Below are positions 51,230 through 64,000 of a stretch of DNA of 64,000 nucleotides, one piece after another. The notes under the pieces were generated by a model. It was not told where the DNA came from and made no database searches. It saw only the letters and a program-made list of their open reading frames with translations. Position 1 is the stretch's first letter. Each line of letters opens with the position of its first letter. The stretch covers positions 428,504 through 492,503 of the forward strand of contig MU056050.1 of the NCBI GenBank assembly GCA_013239625.1, in the 5' to 3' direction. Origin of the DNA: Lama guanicoe (lineage: Eukaryota). A program made the translations under genes and the position numbers.

Positions 51230-51915
51230 TGTGATGATTGAGTATGGGGTTTGGAGTCAGATCTGATCTAGACTCCCAGAATGGTCACTTACCACCTGTG
51301 TGACCTTGATTAAGTTACTTAACCACTTTAGTTTCCTCAGCTGCAAAATGGCAGTAATAATAATACTGAAGACATGATTGTTCAGAGAATTATATAAATT
51401 AATGCACATAAAGCACTTAGCATAATGCCTGACAAAAAAGGTACTGGGCTATGAGTATTTGTTTCCGTTCATGCTTTCCCAGATCACAAATCTTCTGGGG
51501 TGGAAAATCCCACATGCTCTGATATTTTACACATACTTCTTCCTATAAGGCTGCTACCAATAATGGTTTGATAAACCTTTGGGCCTTGCTCAGGGCTGTG
51601 GCCTGGCAGCTCCTCTGTCTTTGACAAGACTTTCTCTGCCTTTTCCAATCTGGTGTCATGGTTTTGAGTGTGGGCTCTGGAGTGTGGACAGATCTGAGCT
51701 GGAATCCGCAGTTCAACTACTTCCTGGCCATATAACTTTGGGGAAATCATTTAACTCTTCTATGCCACAATTTCCTATCTGTAAAATAGCGATGATAATA
51801 CTGTTACCTTGTGGGATTGCTGGGAGGATTCAATGAGCTGGTGCATGTAAAGCACTCAGAACAATGTCTGGCACATGATAAGTGCTCAAAAAGTAGTAGC
51901 TATGTTATTATCGCT
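51230..51915 (+). mobile_element. Two MIR SINEs (~51230-51460 and ~51650-51915)
   Basis: tgtgtgaccttgataagttacttaacc and tttcctatctgtaaaatag...gtaaagcactcagaacaatgtctggcac cores. Confidence 0.85.
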
Positions 51916-52066
51916 ATTATTCTCTCCATCCTGGCTCCTATTCTCTTAGGGACCCAAGGGGTAGTATCAAGAGTTCATCTGACAAAATCATATAAGTGGA
52001 CACTTAATGGGTTAAGTGTCCCCTACACCACCATGAAATCAAAGGCACCAGCACCTAGTGGCAAGT

Positions 52067-52598
52067 TGTGGGTTCTAAGCTGTGCCATTTAAAAACATGG
52101 CCCCCCAATTTTTTTAACACTCCTCCCATTGAGAGGTGATGTCTAGTCCCCTCCCCTTGAATCTGGGTTCTGTGAATACTTGACCAATAGAATATGGAAG
52201 AAGTGGTACTGGGGAAGTTTCTGGGCCTATACTTCAAGAAACTGGCAGCTTTCACTTCCTGTCTCTGGGAATGTTCACTCTTGGAACTCAGCCACATGCT
52301 GTGGCAAAGGCCAACTGACCCGTGGAAAGGCCCTCGTGGAGAGGAAATGAGGCTCCTGGCCCTCACCTCTGGCTGAGCTCTCAGTGACAGCTAGCACTAA
52401 ATTGCCAGTCACTGTGAGGGAGCCATCTGGGGTGTAGGTCCTCTAGCTCCCCATTGAGCCACCCCAGCTGATGTCACATGAAGCAAAGATCAGCCCTCTT
52501 TGTTAGACCTTGTGCATTGTTGTGACCAGCATAAATGTTGTTCTTTTAAACCACTAAGTTTGAGGTGATTTGTTGCACAGCAATAGATAATCAGAACA
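52067..52598 (+). mobile_element. MaLR solo LTR (MLT1F/G-like)
   Basis: cctccccttgaatctggg...ttaaaccactaagtttgaggtgatttgttgcacagcaatagataatcagaaca. Confidence 0.85.
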
Positions 52599-53074
52599 TA
52601 GATTATGGGCAGCTGGCTAATAAGTGGGTGAGATCTTTTTGGACAGGCGGGTCAATGTATTGCTGACTACATCATGCAAGTGGTAACTGGTCCTGTCCAT
52701 GTGTAGGACTGGCCTTTGACCAAATTATGAAGTGGAATTGTCAGGGGATGTTGTTGGTAAGTCTAATGCTTCAGTCTTAAAATATAAACCATAAACACAA
52801 AATATTTTTGACCAGTATTACAGTAATATCTATCCCCTCCATGTTAGATCTACTCCTTCCCCATATCCCATATCTCAGAAATGGTATCTTGTACAATCTA
52901 GTTACTCAAGTAAGACATCCATGAATCCTTCCTTCCCCTGACCCCTCACATCCAGTTCATTATAAAGTACTGTTGACTCTATCTTCAAAATGTACCCTAA
53001 ATCTGTCGTCTTTTCTCCACCCCCACTGTCACTACTCTAGTCAAAACTATCCATTTGTCTTACTTGGGCTAACC

Positions 53075-54295
53075 TGTATTGCATACAAACTTAGGTGCCT
53101 TCTCAGATTCTGTTCTGAGATGCTGCCCACTTTCCAAATAGTGCTGCTGCCATTCCATTTTTTGGCATCCCTCCTAAACTTTCAGAGATACAAGGTAATC
53201 TAAGTTGAAGCCCTGCACGGGCATGACCCTCACGTTCTACACATTTAGCTGTGTGTGCCGAGTTCTCACTCCACTTTCATCCTTGGGTAAAACGCCCTAC
53301 CTTGGGAATGGGATCTGGCTTGGTGAGAAGTGGCCAAGGGACCAGATTATGCAACTGGAAGTGAAGGGGAGTCAGTACCCTGGGGTTTGAAACTTTACTA
53401 GTTGAAATGAAGAAGCACAAGGGAGCCAGGCAGATAAATTTCTCCTACTTTCTCCCTTCGTGTACAGCTCTGAAATGTGTGTGTTTTCCTTTCAACCACT
53501 GTGAGCAAGCATACCTGGCAAGTGGCCTGCAGTTTTGTGATGCAATGGCCAGTGAGGTAATGCATTGCCTCACCTTGTTTTACATCTTTCCTTGCCTCAC
53601 TTGCCTTTTTTCCTCATCCTTCTTGCCTTAGGCTGGCACAACTCCCAGATGGTCAGTACTTGAATTCCTGACTCAGGCTCTGTTTTAGAAGACTTTGGCG
53701 AAGACATTTGATATTAGAAATGGTTCTAGGAAATAGACTACCGGGATAGGGTTTTGGAGTTGGACTGTTCACCTGCCTAAAAGCAGTAGGGACCCTATTG
53801 CTGGTGTTAAGTATATGAACCCCTGCCATGAAGTGGCATTGCAGTCACTTGACCTTTCACCAGTGGTGTGAGGTATTTTATTGGTATGATCTGGAGGTAC
53901 AGGGCAAGATATGGGGAGGTCAAGTGGCTGTGGCACTTAATCGATATGCGAACAATGTTATTTAAGGATCTCAGAGTAGAATGGTTGCTTTTGACTGCAG
54001 TAGGAACGCTGCCTCTGTGGCAGATTTGCAGACGATCCTTATCTCCTGCAGCTGCAGGACACACTGTACTAAACATCAGGCTGAGGATCTGATAACAAGG
54101 GTGACAGATACAAAAAAGACTGAATGTACAACCTTGTCAGGGCTATTTTTTCAAGATTTGATTGGGAAAAAGTGGAACATGGAGATCTGAGATGGTTATT
54201 TGGGTGGATGAACCCAAGTATTATGAACCCTCCAATTTCCCTGAGCTTTTCTTGCTGGCAGAAGCAGCCTCTCTTCCGTTGCCAGAGGAGAAGAA
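53075..54295 (+). mobile_element. LTR33-like ERVL LTR (~53075-53706) with start of internal gag region
   Basis: ctggaagtgaaggggagtc, ctcaggctctgttttagaag...aagaca end, followed by leader/gag similar to 13351-13950. Confidence 0.7.
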
Positions 54296-54299
54296 CTTA

Positions 54300-55990
54300 A
54301 CTGTATTTAACTATATTCTAAAGTTTATTTTAATACATTTTCTACAGAAATTACCTTAAAATAGCCACTATTGTTTTTTCTTTTTAATTTCTGCATTTTT
54401 TTTTCTGGAGTTCAAATAAGAAAAGACCTTTTTGGCCAGCTATTTGTCAGACTTTTCTGTAAATGATGTATAGCTTTTATTTCTGCGTTTTAAGTAGCCC
54501 TGCTCTGGCCTCATGCATAGTTGTCATTTTGGGACTTCCTTTTGCACCTCTTCAATGTTCTGCCCACTGCTTCCTGGATTTCTTATGTTCCTCTCAAGAG
54601 GTTTCTTAAGAAAAGATGTATTGGAGGTAAATTCCTTGAGAATTTGAATATCTGAAAATGTCTTTATTCTTTTCTAAAACTTCTTTTTTTTCCTTTTCTA
54701 AAACTTCTTTGGCTAGGTATGTATTTCTAAGTTGGAAAAAAAATTCCCCAGTGTTTAACTTCCAGTGTTGCGACTGAGGGATTGAAAGTGATTCTGATTC
54801 CCGATCAGTATTCTTAATCTCCGTATGTGTCTGGTTGTGATTTTTTTTCCTGCTCTAGATGCTTAGAATAACTTATCTTTAGCTCTGATTTTTCCAAAAT
54901 TTAATGATAATAAGCTTTACTGGGGACATTTTCTCATACATTGTGCTGGGGACACAGTAGGCTTTTTTTCCTGGAAACTCATGTCCTTTAGCTCTGGGGA
55001 ATAATCTTGTATTCTTTAATATTTTCCTTCTCTCCTTTTCATTGTTGTCTCTTTCTAGTGTACCCGTTAGTCAGGTATTGGATATCCTCAACTGGTGTAC
55101 TGATTTTATGTTTTCTCTTTTTCTCTACGTTCGATGAAACCAGGCTTCATCAGTAACTCCTAACCTCATTGTATATGGTGAAAAGCAGATGTAAGACTGG
55201 TAAATGACTGAACAGAGTGGAGGATAAGTGCTCAGAAAAAAAGACCAATGAAAAGCAAGCTGACTGTCCCTTCAGAATCCCAGTCTGAGAAATTGGAGGA
55301 AGTTACATGTAACTTTGACAGTGAGTACAGGGTTAAAACCTTGGAGATAATTTAAAAGCCTGTTTATGGAAAAGTTAGGTCTCCAAATTCTTACCCCCAT
55401 TTAGTGCAGTCAAGACCCCAAATCACACAGGAGACAGAAAGAATAATCTTTAGCAAACTGGAGCTGAGAAGCTCTGAGGTCCAGCACACCAGGCACAGAT
55501 CAGAGCAGTGATGCATGAAACCAAAAACAGGTAAAATAATTGAAAATCTGCTTCTGGATTGAGATAGTCTCAGTATACTTCTCCTGCCCAACATCAGAAT
55601 GCAAGCAATCAAGTTTACCCAGTTCCCCCACAAGCAGTTGATTACAGAAACTTTCTTGGGAAATTGAACAGCCCAGTGATGTTAACATTTAGAGGAACCT
55701 AGAAAAAATGCCAGAAGAAGTCCACATGTTTGTTCTAACATGCAGCCCACCAGTTGACAAACCTTGCCCACACACAGAGATTCCATTCAGTGTTTAAAAG
55801 TTCAATTTAAAATTAAATGAGCAGCTGAGGATCACTAGTCATCTGAAAAAGGCATCTAAGATGGAAAGAAAGAGAAAATGAGCAGAAGAGAAGCAAATCA
55901 AAAGAACAAGAGAGAGCAAAGAATATAACATTCTTAGAGTGGTAAGATATTACAGCCACTACACTAGAACAGGATGCTATATAACAGGAA
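54300..55990. mobile_element. Very old L1 5'/ORF1-like fragments in opposite orientations (switch near 55130)
   Basis: T-rich antisense then A-rich sense sequence with degenerate L1 motifs (atctgaaaatgtctttatt). Confidence 0.5.
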
Positions 55991-56002
55991 TGGAGAACAG
56001 AT

Positions 56003-57280
56003 CGTTGTCAAACCCAAGTTTGTGTGGCCGATGATGCACAGTGAGGCTAAACAAATCGAAACCATCAGAGTTTGAAGCAGAGAAAGGTTTATTGCAGGGC
56101 CAAGCAAGAAGAATGGGTGTCTCATGCTCAAAAGACCAGAACTCCCTGATGGATTTCAGGAAAGCATTTTTAAAGGCCAGATGAGAGAGGAGAGTCCCAA
56201 GGTATGTGATCAGCTTGTGCACAGTTCTCTGATTGGTTTATGGTGAGGTAACAGGGCAGTGTCACAGGAGTCAATATTATCAATCTTCAGGCTCCAGTAG
56301 GTCTGGGGGCTACCTGCTCATGGTCATCAAGTTGTTAACTTGTTCCATTTGGTGGGAGTTTTCCCATCTGCAAAAGAATTCGGGAAATGTGCATCTGATA
56401 TGATTATCCAGGTACTTCAGGGAGGAACTAAAGATTCTGTGATTGCCATACAGCTGATTTACTGTTTAAATTATTACCAGTTCTCCTGGTCCAACTGCTA
56501 CTTTTGTCACTACATGTTCCCATCCTTTCAATCATTAATTCTGTTCTTTTAATTTTTATTTTTATTACTTTAAAAAATTTTATTAGTAGTATTTTTTAGG
56601 TTCCACGTATAAGTGATATCATATGGCATTTTTCTTTCTCTTTCTGGCTTACTTCACTTAGAATGACAATCTTCATGTCCATCCATGTTGCTGCAAATGG
56701 CATTATCTTACTCTTTTTTATGGCTGAGTAGTGTTCCATTGTATATATGTACCACATCTTCTTTATCCAGTCATCCGTTGATGGACATTTGGGTTGTTTC
56801 CATGTCTTGGCTATTGTAAATAGTGCTGCTATGAACATTGGGGGTGCATGTATCTTTTCAAATTAGAGTTTCCTCCAGATATATGCCCAGGAGTGGGATT
56901 GCTGAATCACACGGTAAGTCTATTTTTAGTTTTTAAAGGAATCTCCATACTGTCTTCCATAGTGGCTGCACCAATCTACATTCCCACCAACAGTATAGGA
57001 GGGTTCCCTTTCTCCACACCCTCTCCAGCATCTAACATTTGTACAGTTTTCAATGATGGCCATTCTAGTGGGTGTGAGGTGATGTCTTATTGAAGTTTTG
57101 ACCTGCATTTCTCTGACAATTAGCAGTGCTGAGCATTTTTTCAACAATTATTAATTCTTGATTCAGGCTTTTGTGACTCAGGGGAGGCCTGGGAGACTAT
57201 AACTTCTCTACAAACAAGAGGCAGGACATCGGGTTAGGGGTCTGTCTATGGAAGGCCTCATAGGGTCCTGCTTGGTTACA
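56003..57280 (-). mobile_element. ERV solo LTR (ERV1-like) interrupted by an L1
   Basis: gcagagaaaggtttattgcaggg (minus AATAAA), ctgattgg box, terminus ggtcctgcttggttaca; contiguous across the L1 TSD. Confidence 0.75.
56543..57144 (-). mobile_element. L1 ORF2 C-terminus lacking most of the 3' UTR
   Basis: ORFs 56596-56838 and 56926-57147; TSD caatcattaattct (56529-56542) / caattattaattct (57145-57158). Confidence 0.92.
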
Positions 57281-57554
57281 GGTGACTTTGGAACTCATTC
57301 TAGAAAATAATTTTGGAACTCATTCTAGAAAACAATTTTGTTTTTTGTCTTTCAGTGGTACATATCATGATGGAGGGTAAGAGTACACAGTTGTGAACCT
57401 GAGTAACATACTAAAACGGGGATGTGAGTGGCCAAAATGTGTACTGAATGTGATATGAAAATACATTTCTGTGTTGTCTCATGTCACAAACAATCCATGT
57501 TGCTTAATTTTCTTTACATGATATAAGAAAAAATATACATACATTGCCAGCCAG

Positions 57555-58470
57555 ACATAGAACTTAGGGCCGTCTCAGCTCTCTTCTGAGCATGTGCCCA
57601 GTCCTGGGCGCATGTGTGGCCTTCCAGATTCCCAGGAATATGTGGAAGCTTTCTGAAGCACTTATTCCCTAAAGAATCTTATTGCCCAGCCTTTCCTCCC
57701 AAGATTTTTGGTTAGTCTATTGTTTGCCCCAACTGGTACCCCTTGCCCCAGATGGCAACTCCTAATGTTTGCCTTCAAATGATTTTGACAGTTGCCCCCT
57801 GGGTAGTGACCTCAGCCCTTGGAGAGTTCTGAGTTAGCCTAAGTTAGTCTTTCAGGAAGTCACCAGGCAAGTTAAAATAAAGGTAAGTCCTTTGAGTTGG
57901 TCTTTCAGGAAGTCACCAGGCAAGTTAAAATAAACAGACACAATTCTTTGAGGATAAGATCTGTTCTGCTGTACTAGGTACTGGGTATTTATACCAGGAA
58001 TGTGGGCTCTTCTTGTCTTCAGGGTCACTGCTGAGCTGGGGAGCAAGGAATGGGTCCAAGGTAAATTAAAATGCCACAAAGCTCTCCTTGCAAGATCCAG
58101 CTGCTTTTTCTTGATTGAGCATACTCTTGTTTCTGCAAGCTTTCAATTAGTATCCGGAATGCTGAAAAAATTAATTCTGAGGGTTTCTGGCTGTTTTATT
58201 CATTGCTTTTGTGCAGGGAGGGGTTTTGAAGTTCCCTACTCTACCATTTTTGCAGACATCACCTGGATTCTTTCCTTACTGTTGATGTTCTTGACAGTTT
58301 TGAGGAATACTGGTCAGGTATTTTTGAGAATGCCCCTCCTTTGATATCTGTCTGATATTTTTTTCATGATGATGCTGGGGCTATGGGATTTGAGAGGAAC
58401 AACATGGAAGTACAGTGCAAGTCTCACCACATTATATCATTGGTCTATACTCTCAGCACGACTTATTACT
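57555..58470 (-). mobile_element. Old L1 5' region and adjoining L1MC fragment
   Basis: tctgagcatgtgcccagtcctgggcgcatgtgtggccttccagattcccaggaatatg and ttgacagttttgaggaatactggtcaggta motifs. Confidence 0.7.
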
Positions 58471-58489
58471 GGTAAGAAGAGTGAAAATA

Positions 58490-59265
58490 GAGTGCTGTGG
58501 TTTAGGGGTTTGAGCTCTCAAATCAAACACAGCAGAATTCAAATCCTGGCTCCTCCAGTTGCTTGAGTAAGTGATGGAACTTTTCGAGGCCTCTGTTTTT
58601 CTCATATGCAAAGCAGGAGTATTAATAGTAGCTACCTAATATGGTTACTTCGGGGAATTCAATGAGAAAATGCATGTGAAGTAACTGACATGACATCTGG
58701 CACATAGTGAGTGCTCAGTACACGTGAGCTAGTACAGAAGAGGATATGTGTATCTGTGTATACACAAGAACAATTTTAAAGGGAGTATCAAGAGAATCTA
58801 AAGTGATTTTCATTATATAGAAAAGTGTCATAATTTTTCTGAAAGATTTGATGAGAAACCTGGAGTTCAATGGGGTTAGAAATATTTGGATAAAATAGGA
58901 AATTTCATACATGAGGCATTATTCGTGAGGGTGGGCCAGATAGCTACTGTAGCTGGGGCTCCTAGGTAGCCAGGGGCTAGTATAAAGCCTGCATTCGTGG
59001 TCAGGAAGGAACCCTAGAAGAAAAGGAAGGGGTGAAAACTATGTAGTCATTAAAAGCACTACTGCTGGAATCATACAAACCAGGGATCAAATCCTGGCTT
59101 TCCTTTCACAGGCTCTGTGATCTTGGGTAAAGTGACTTAACTTCTCTCAGCTGAAGTTTTCTCATCTGTGAAATGGGGATGATAAATTGAGGTTAAATGA
59201 AATAACCCAAGCACATGGCTCAGAACATTCCCTGTCACATAGTTAGTGCTCAGTCAATATCAGCT
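58490..59265 (+). mobile_element. Two MIR SINEs (~58490-58730 and ~59040-59265)
   Basis: ttcaaatcctggctcc, tgtgatcttgggtaaagtgacttaacttctct, ctcatctgtgaaatggggatgata cores. Confidence 0.8.
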
Positions 59266-60796
59266 GCTCTTTACTTCCTAGCAATGGTGACTTGGTTGGC
59301 AGAAACACAATGGCAGTTATAAATCTTTGAGTCAAGGAGGACGTTTTGTGCCAGGACATGGCTTTAGGAGGCTTCACCTTTCAATATGGAGGTCGCTTCG
59401 GGCTCCTCTCCTTTGTAGTGGGCTCAGTGCCTTACTCAGCTTTTGTGATGTTTGTGGTGGCTAAAAAAAAAAAACTTAAAAAAAAAAGACTTTCCATGTA
59501 CAATCAGAAAGAAAATGAAAACCATATGGAAAATTTAGCCCATTCCAGTGTGTTCTCAGTCTCCCATTCTACATCCTGCTAGGCCCTCTTCTGCAGATGA
59601 TGGCTGCGAATATCCTCTTTAGAGTAATAAATCACAGGACCATTAAATGCATTCTTGCAGCTGCACCAGGGCTAGTTAGAGGCCTATTCAAGAAAAGGGC
59701 TTGTGTGGAGGAGTTTTTCGCCCCTCCTTTTTAAAAGCCACCTGTACCATTTTTGTCTTGGTTTTTAAGTGGAAATGATTTTAAGATGTCATTTTCTTCC
59801 TCTACTTGTGTTTATGATGTACAAATAGTCCTTTGTAAGTGGGGAGAGAAAAAAAAAACCCAAACCCAAATACTAAACCTAATTAAGTCTCTTTAGAGAA
59901 AGTGTGCCTCTAACTTTCCAACTTCCTTTCTGAGTTAGTAATTTTGGGGCTGGACGAGATGCAGGTGGAAGGAATTGCTTCATTGACAGCTGGCCCTGAA
60001 TCTCTCACATTCCTGGAAGTGCACCAGTTCAGGGGATAGAGCTATCTGGAAGGACTAGGGCTCATCTGCAAAGAGCATGTACTGTAATCTAAATCCTTTT
60101 CCTGTTGATTGGCAGAGTCCCAAAAGTTCTTTGAGACTAGGAGAAATAGTTTTGAGAAGAAAATTAGGACCAGATCATCTAATCCAGATGTGGAAAACCA
60201 GGTCTTGAGGAGAAAAGAACCCTTTTATTTTAAACTAAGCCTTGGGGAAAAAATCTCTTCTTTATAAACTAGACCTTGAGGAGGGAAAATCCTTTCATTG
60301 TAATCACATCAATTCTAGTTAGATTCACATAATGAGGTTAGCCGTGCAATTTGGTGAAGATGATGATCAGTCATGTAGAATGATTTACAGAGTTCCAGAA
60401 GGGCTCCCTCTGTAGAATAAAATCGTCCCTGATCAGGTTCATAGTGCCTGATAGCCCTTCATCAGTGATTCTCGGCCCTTTTTCAGTCAAGGACTTGCTT
60501 TAGAATCTGGTGAAAGACCTTTCCCCGCAGAAATGCACATGTGTGTGCACACGTCAGTGAACATTTTTACGGGGTTCACAGACTCCTGCGAACTGCCCTG
60601 GGGAGTCTTTGACTGGCCAGTGTTTCTCATCGTTAATTTTCAAGAGCCACATAATGGACACTCTGCCCACACATAGAGCACTGTTGAGGTAAATTGGAAA
60701 GAAGCTCCATCACATTTTTATCACCATTACATTAAAATATTATTTAAAATAATATGTTTAATGATAACTTAATATCAGGGAGAGGGAGGATATTTA

Positions 60797-60925
60797 ATTT
60801 TTTTGTCAGGGGGAGGTAGTTAGGCGTATTTATTTATTTTTAGAGGCGGCACTAGGGATTGAACCCAGGACCCTGTACACACCAAGTATGTAGCTCTACC
60901 ACTTGAGCTATATCCTCCCTGCCAA
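60797..60925 (-). mobile_element. Vic-1-like SINE
   Basis: gggggaggtagttaggcgtatttattt...gggattgaacccaggacc...tctaccacttgagctatatcctccc; TSD agggaggatattta (60783-60796) / agggagaatattta (60926-60939). Confidence 0.88.
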
Positions 60926-61136
60926 AGGGAGAATATTTAGAGGCAGTATTTCACCAAGTTATCTAGGTCTTCCTTGGTGATACACAGCTTGACCACAGAT
61001 CAGCTTCCATATTGAGTTGGTTTTTTCCTTCCTATTTATACTAAATTAAAAAAACAATCCAAACTTTAAAATACCTTAAATGCTTTTAGATAATCCAGGA
61101 TAGACAAAATAAGAATGGTAAAATTTGATAACTATT

Positions 61137-61648
61137 TGTCTTAGTTAGATTCCCCCAAAGCAGAGTCTGAGGCAAGGAGTCGGGAGTACTTGGGTATCTT
61201 TGGGGTGTTGTCCCAGGAAATAGGAGTGAGGTCATAGGGAGAGTTAGAGAAGGAGGAAAAGTCAATGCGAGGTGCATTGTGAGGTTGCTGCATCTGTTCA
61301 CAAGGTCTTGATTCTGGTTGGGCTTCCTGAGACGGATACAGAACATCTCCCAGAACTGTCCCCTGATGGATAACAGGCTGTAGCTCTCGTCTACTGGTTT
61401 CTGTCCTCCACTGGTTCAAGGTTACCCTCAAAGGGATAAATACTCCCACACTTTAGGCTGTGCTTTCATGTGGACTGGCCTTGGGGAAGGCAGCAGGGCG
61501 GAAGTGGAAAGAGAGAAGCTTCGTTATGAGGTAGGATACTGTTCAGGTGATGTGAGTCTGAGCTTTTGTAAAACTGTCCATCACAGCTCTGGCTGAAATC
61601 AGAGGTGGACGGAGGGACTGTGATGTAGGGTACCAGAGGCATTTGCTA
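61137..61648 (-). mobile_element. LTR33-family ERVL solo LTR inserted in an old L1 3' end
   Basis: tgtcttagttagattcccccaaagcagagtctgaggcaagga end; minus start gtagcaaatgcctctggtacc...ccacctctgatttcagcc. Confidence 0.75.
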
Positions 61649-62750
61649 CTACTGAGTGTGAGTAGTGGGTACATGGAAGTTCATTGTCATATCCACACTT
61701 CTTCTGTGTATGTTTGAAACATTTTCATAATAAAAAGTTAAAAATCCTAACTGAGAAGCATAGATCATTGGGAACTGCCTCAAATATGCCTCAAAAATTT
61801 AGTGGCTTTATTGGATAGTTTAGGGCATTTGGAGCAAACATGGGCCCAGAAATAACAATGACAGTTCTCTGATGACACTTTGAAGCATTCCATCAGATGC
61901 TAAAGTCCTTGAATAAATCACACTCAAAGGCTGGAAGGCTGAATAGTTCAACTTGGGAAGTAGACGAGTGTGGATTCACTCACTAATCCCTTCTTTGATT
62001 GCATTCAGTTCTAGAAATCGTGGCGGCAAGTTCTACTGAAAGACTTGGATGTGATATTTAAATATCCTCAATAATATATGTCTATTTCTTTCTGTGAGAA
62101 CTGAAGAAATCTCCAAGTATTGGAGCAGAATCAAATTCTTAGTGATAAAACTGCCCCATAGTTTGGTCTTTTTTAAAGAAATCCTGCTCATTTTTTCTTT
62201 AATATTAAACATAGCATTATTTCACCACTGAAGTAATTACTTGCAGCCTCTTCAAGATTCTGAATACATGGCTATACAACACCTCTTGAGCAAGGCATTT
62301 AAAATCTGAGAAATGATCTTTAGTGTCATTATCAGTGTCATAAAGGCTTCCCCCTCATCCCTTGTTCCAATAACTTGTGGGAAAGTGATTTCTCTCAACA
62401 GCTGGCATGCTTAGAGAGGAAAAGTGGAGTTTGGTATTTGCTGCATTTCTTTGTACAGCATGCTGGGAGGACATACCCTTAGGGACCACAATTTGATTAT
62501 ATTCACAATTTTTATGTTTTTCTTCAACACTGAATTGCGATCAGGGGACGTGTTGCTGATCCGCTCACTGTAATCAGCACATGGAGCAGTGAGTGGCTTG
62601 GCATTTGGGTGCAACCTCTGTTATTTGCTTAGCTAAATATCTCTGGGCTGAGCTCATGGTTAATTCTCCTCAGAATTGATCCTAGTGTCCCTTTGCCAGT
62701 CTACTTTGTGACTCACAAAAAACACTTGATAGCTAAACTAAAAACCTTTC

Positions 62751-63137
62751 TGCTTTTTTTAAAAAATGCAGCATAATTGACATTTAACATTATATTAGTG
62801 TCAGGTGTACAGCTTAATGATTCACTATTTGTATACCCTGTGAAATGATGACCACTGTAAGTTCAGTTACCATCTGTCACCATACAAAGTTACAAATTTT
62901 TTTTTCTTGTAATGAGAACTTTCAAGATTTACTCTCAGCAACTTTCAAATATGCAATCCAATATTGTTGACTATAGTCACCATGCTGTACATTACATCCC
63001 CAGGACTTATTTATTTTATAACTGGGAGTTTTACCTCTTGACCCCTTTCACCTGTTTTGCCTACCCCTCAACCTCCCTTCCTTCTGGCAACCATCAATCT
63101 GTTCTCTGTATTTATGAGCTTGGTTTTGTTTTGTTTG
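62751..63137 (-). mobile_element. L1 3' UTR
   Basis: Same type as 23957-24335; TSD aaaaacctttc 62740-62750 / 63138-63148. Confidence 0.88.
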
Positions 63138-63153
63138 AAAAACCTTTCCTCTT

Positions 63154-63845
63154 GTGGGGAGAAACTGGATCACTCTTATAGTGCTGGTGGAAATGTAAAA
63201 TGATATGGACGTTCTGAAAAAGAGTCGGACAGTTTCTCATAAAACATGTTTAATGTAACTACTCTGCAACCCAGCAGTTGCACTCATGGGTGTTTATCCC
63301 AGAGAAGTGAAAGTAATATTCACACAAAAAACTCTATACAAATCTCCACAGCAGCTTTATTCATGATAGCCCCCAAATGGAAGCAACAGGCAAATGGTTA
63401 AACAAATTGTGGTACATTCATATGGAATATTATTCAGCAATAAAAGGGATAAATTCTTGATACACATAACATCTTGTATAGATCTATAAAGAATTATACT
63501 GAGTGAAAAAACCCAATGCCCGAAGGTTACATACTGTATGATTCCAAATGGATAGCATCCTTGAAATGACAGAATTACAGAAATGGAGAACAGATTAGTG
63601 GTTGCCAGGATAAAGGTGGGGGTAGTGGGTGTGGTGATTAAAGGACCATGTACAGGATCCTTGTGGTAATGGGAATGTTCTGTGTTATGACTGTATCAAT
63701 GTTAGCATCCTGGTTGTGATAGTGTACCACAGTTTTACAAGATAATCCTATTGGGGGAACTGGGTGAAGGCTACCTGGTTTCTCTCTGTATGATTTTATA
63801 CTGCATGTAAGTCTACAGTTATCTCAAAATTTCAAGTTTAATTTC
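63154..63845 (+). mobile_element. Older L1 (L1MC/MB) ORF2 end and 3' UTR
   Basis: gctggtggaaatgtaaaatg, ggttacatactgtatgattcc, atggagaacagattagtggttgccagg; flanked by cctttcctctt on both sides. Confidence 0.88.
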
Positions 63846-64000
63846 AAAAAACCCCCTTTCCTCTTATAGCATGGAATTTCAGGGTCAAAAATGCAAAAAA
63901 AAAAATATCATGGCGCACTTATCCCTGTGCGAATACCACTGCTATGCCAAGACCCTGCATGTCAGTGGTTTTGTCTGACTCTACAGCAAAATATCTGCTG

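Noticed and set aside
52048..52061. Second CTCF-like motif (minus CCACTAGGTGCTGG)
   Set aside because: Mismatches in the GGC part of the core.
57285..57340. Two-copy direct repeat ttggaactcattctagaaaa (similar duplications near 37048-37112 and 57851-57930)
   Set aside because: Local tandem duplications, two copies only; not a CRISPR-like array.
60355..60436. C/D-box snoRNA-like pair ATGATGA (60360-60366) ... CTGA (60429-60432)
   Set aside because: Only a 3-bp terminal stem and no recognisable rRNA/snRNA guide; such pairs are expected by chance in 64 kb.

Overview
Mammalian, repeat-dominated genomic DNA with no intact protein-coding gene, rRNA, functional tRNA or CRISPR array that I can support. 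Four tRNA-Ala-derived SINEs of the Vic-1 type point to a camelid (Vicugna/Lama/Camelus). Most listed ORFs are L1 ORF2 pieces, their antisense shadows, ERVL remnants or simple-repeat artefacts. Best-supported items missed or only partly captured by the ORF track: (1) a ~1.75 kb decayed Gypsy/Ty3 pol fossil (RT, RNase H, start of integrase) on the minus strand at ~1985-3730; (2) a processed histone H3.3 (H3-3B/H3F3B) pseudogene at ~45915-46830 with an internal ~96 nt deletion; (3) several TSD-bounded L1 events that carry extra DNA (3' transductions at 17576-17620, 27710-28035 and 33466-33721, an orphan retrocopy at 46057-46200), two twin-primed 5' inversions and a 4.5 kb composite L1; (4) an ERVL locus with pol placed before LTR-gag; (5) an unidentified coding-like purine-rich block at ~25100-26800. 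I found no convincing novel multi-gene system. Repeat family names come from my recollection of consensus sequences and were not checked by any search; boundaries of old repeats are approximate.
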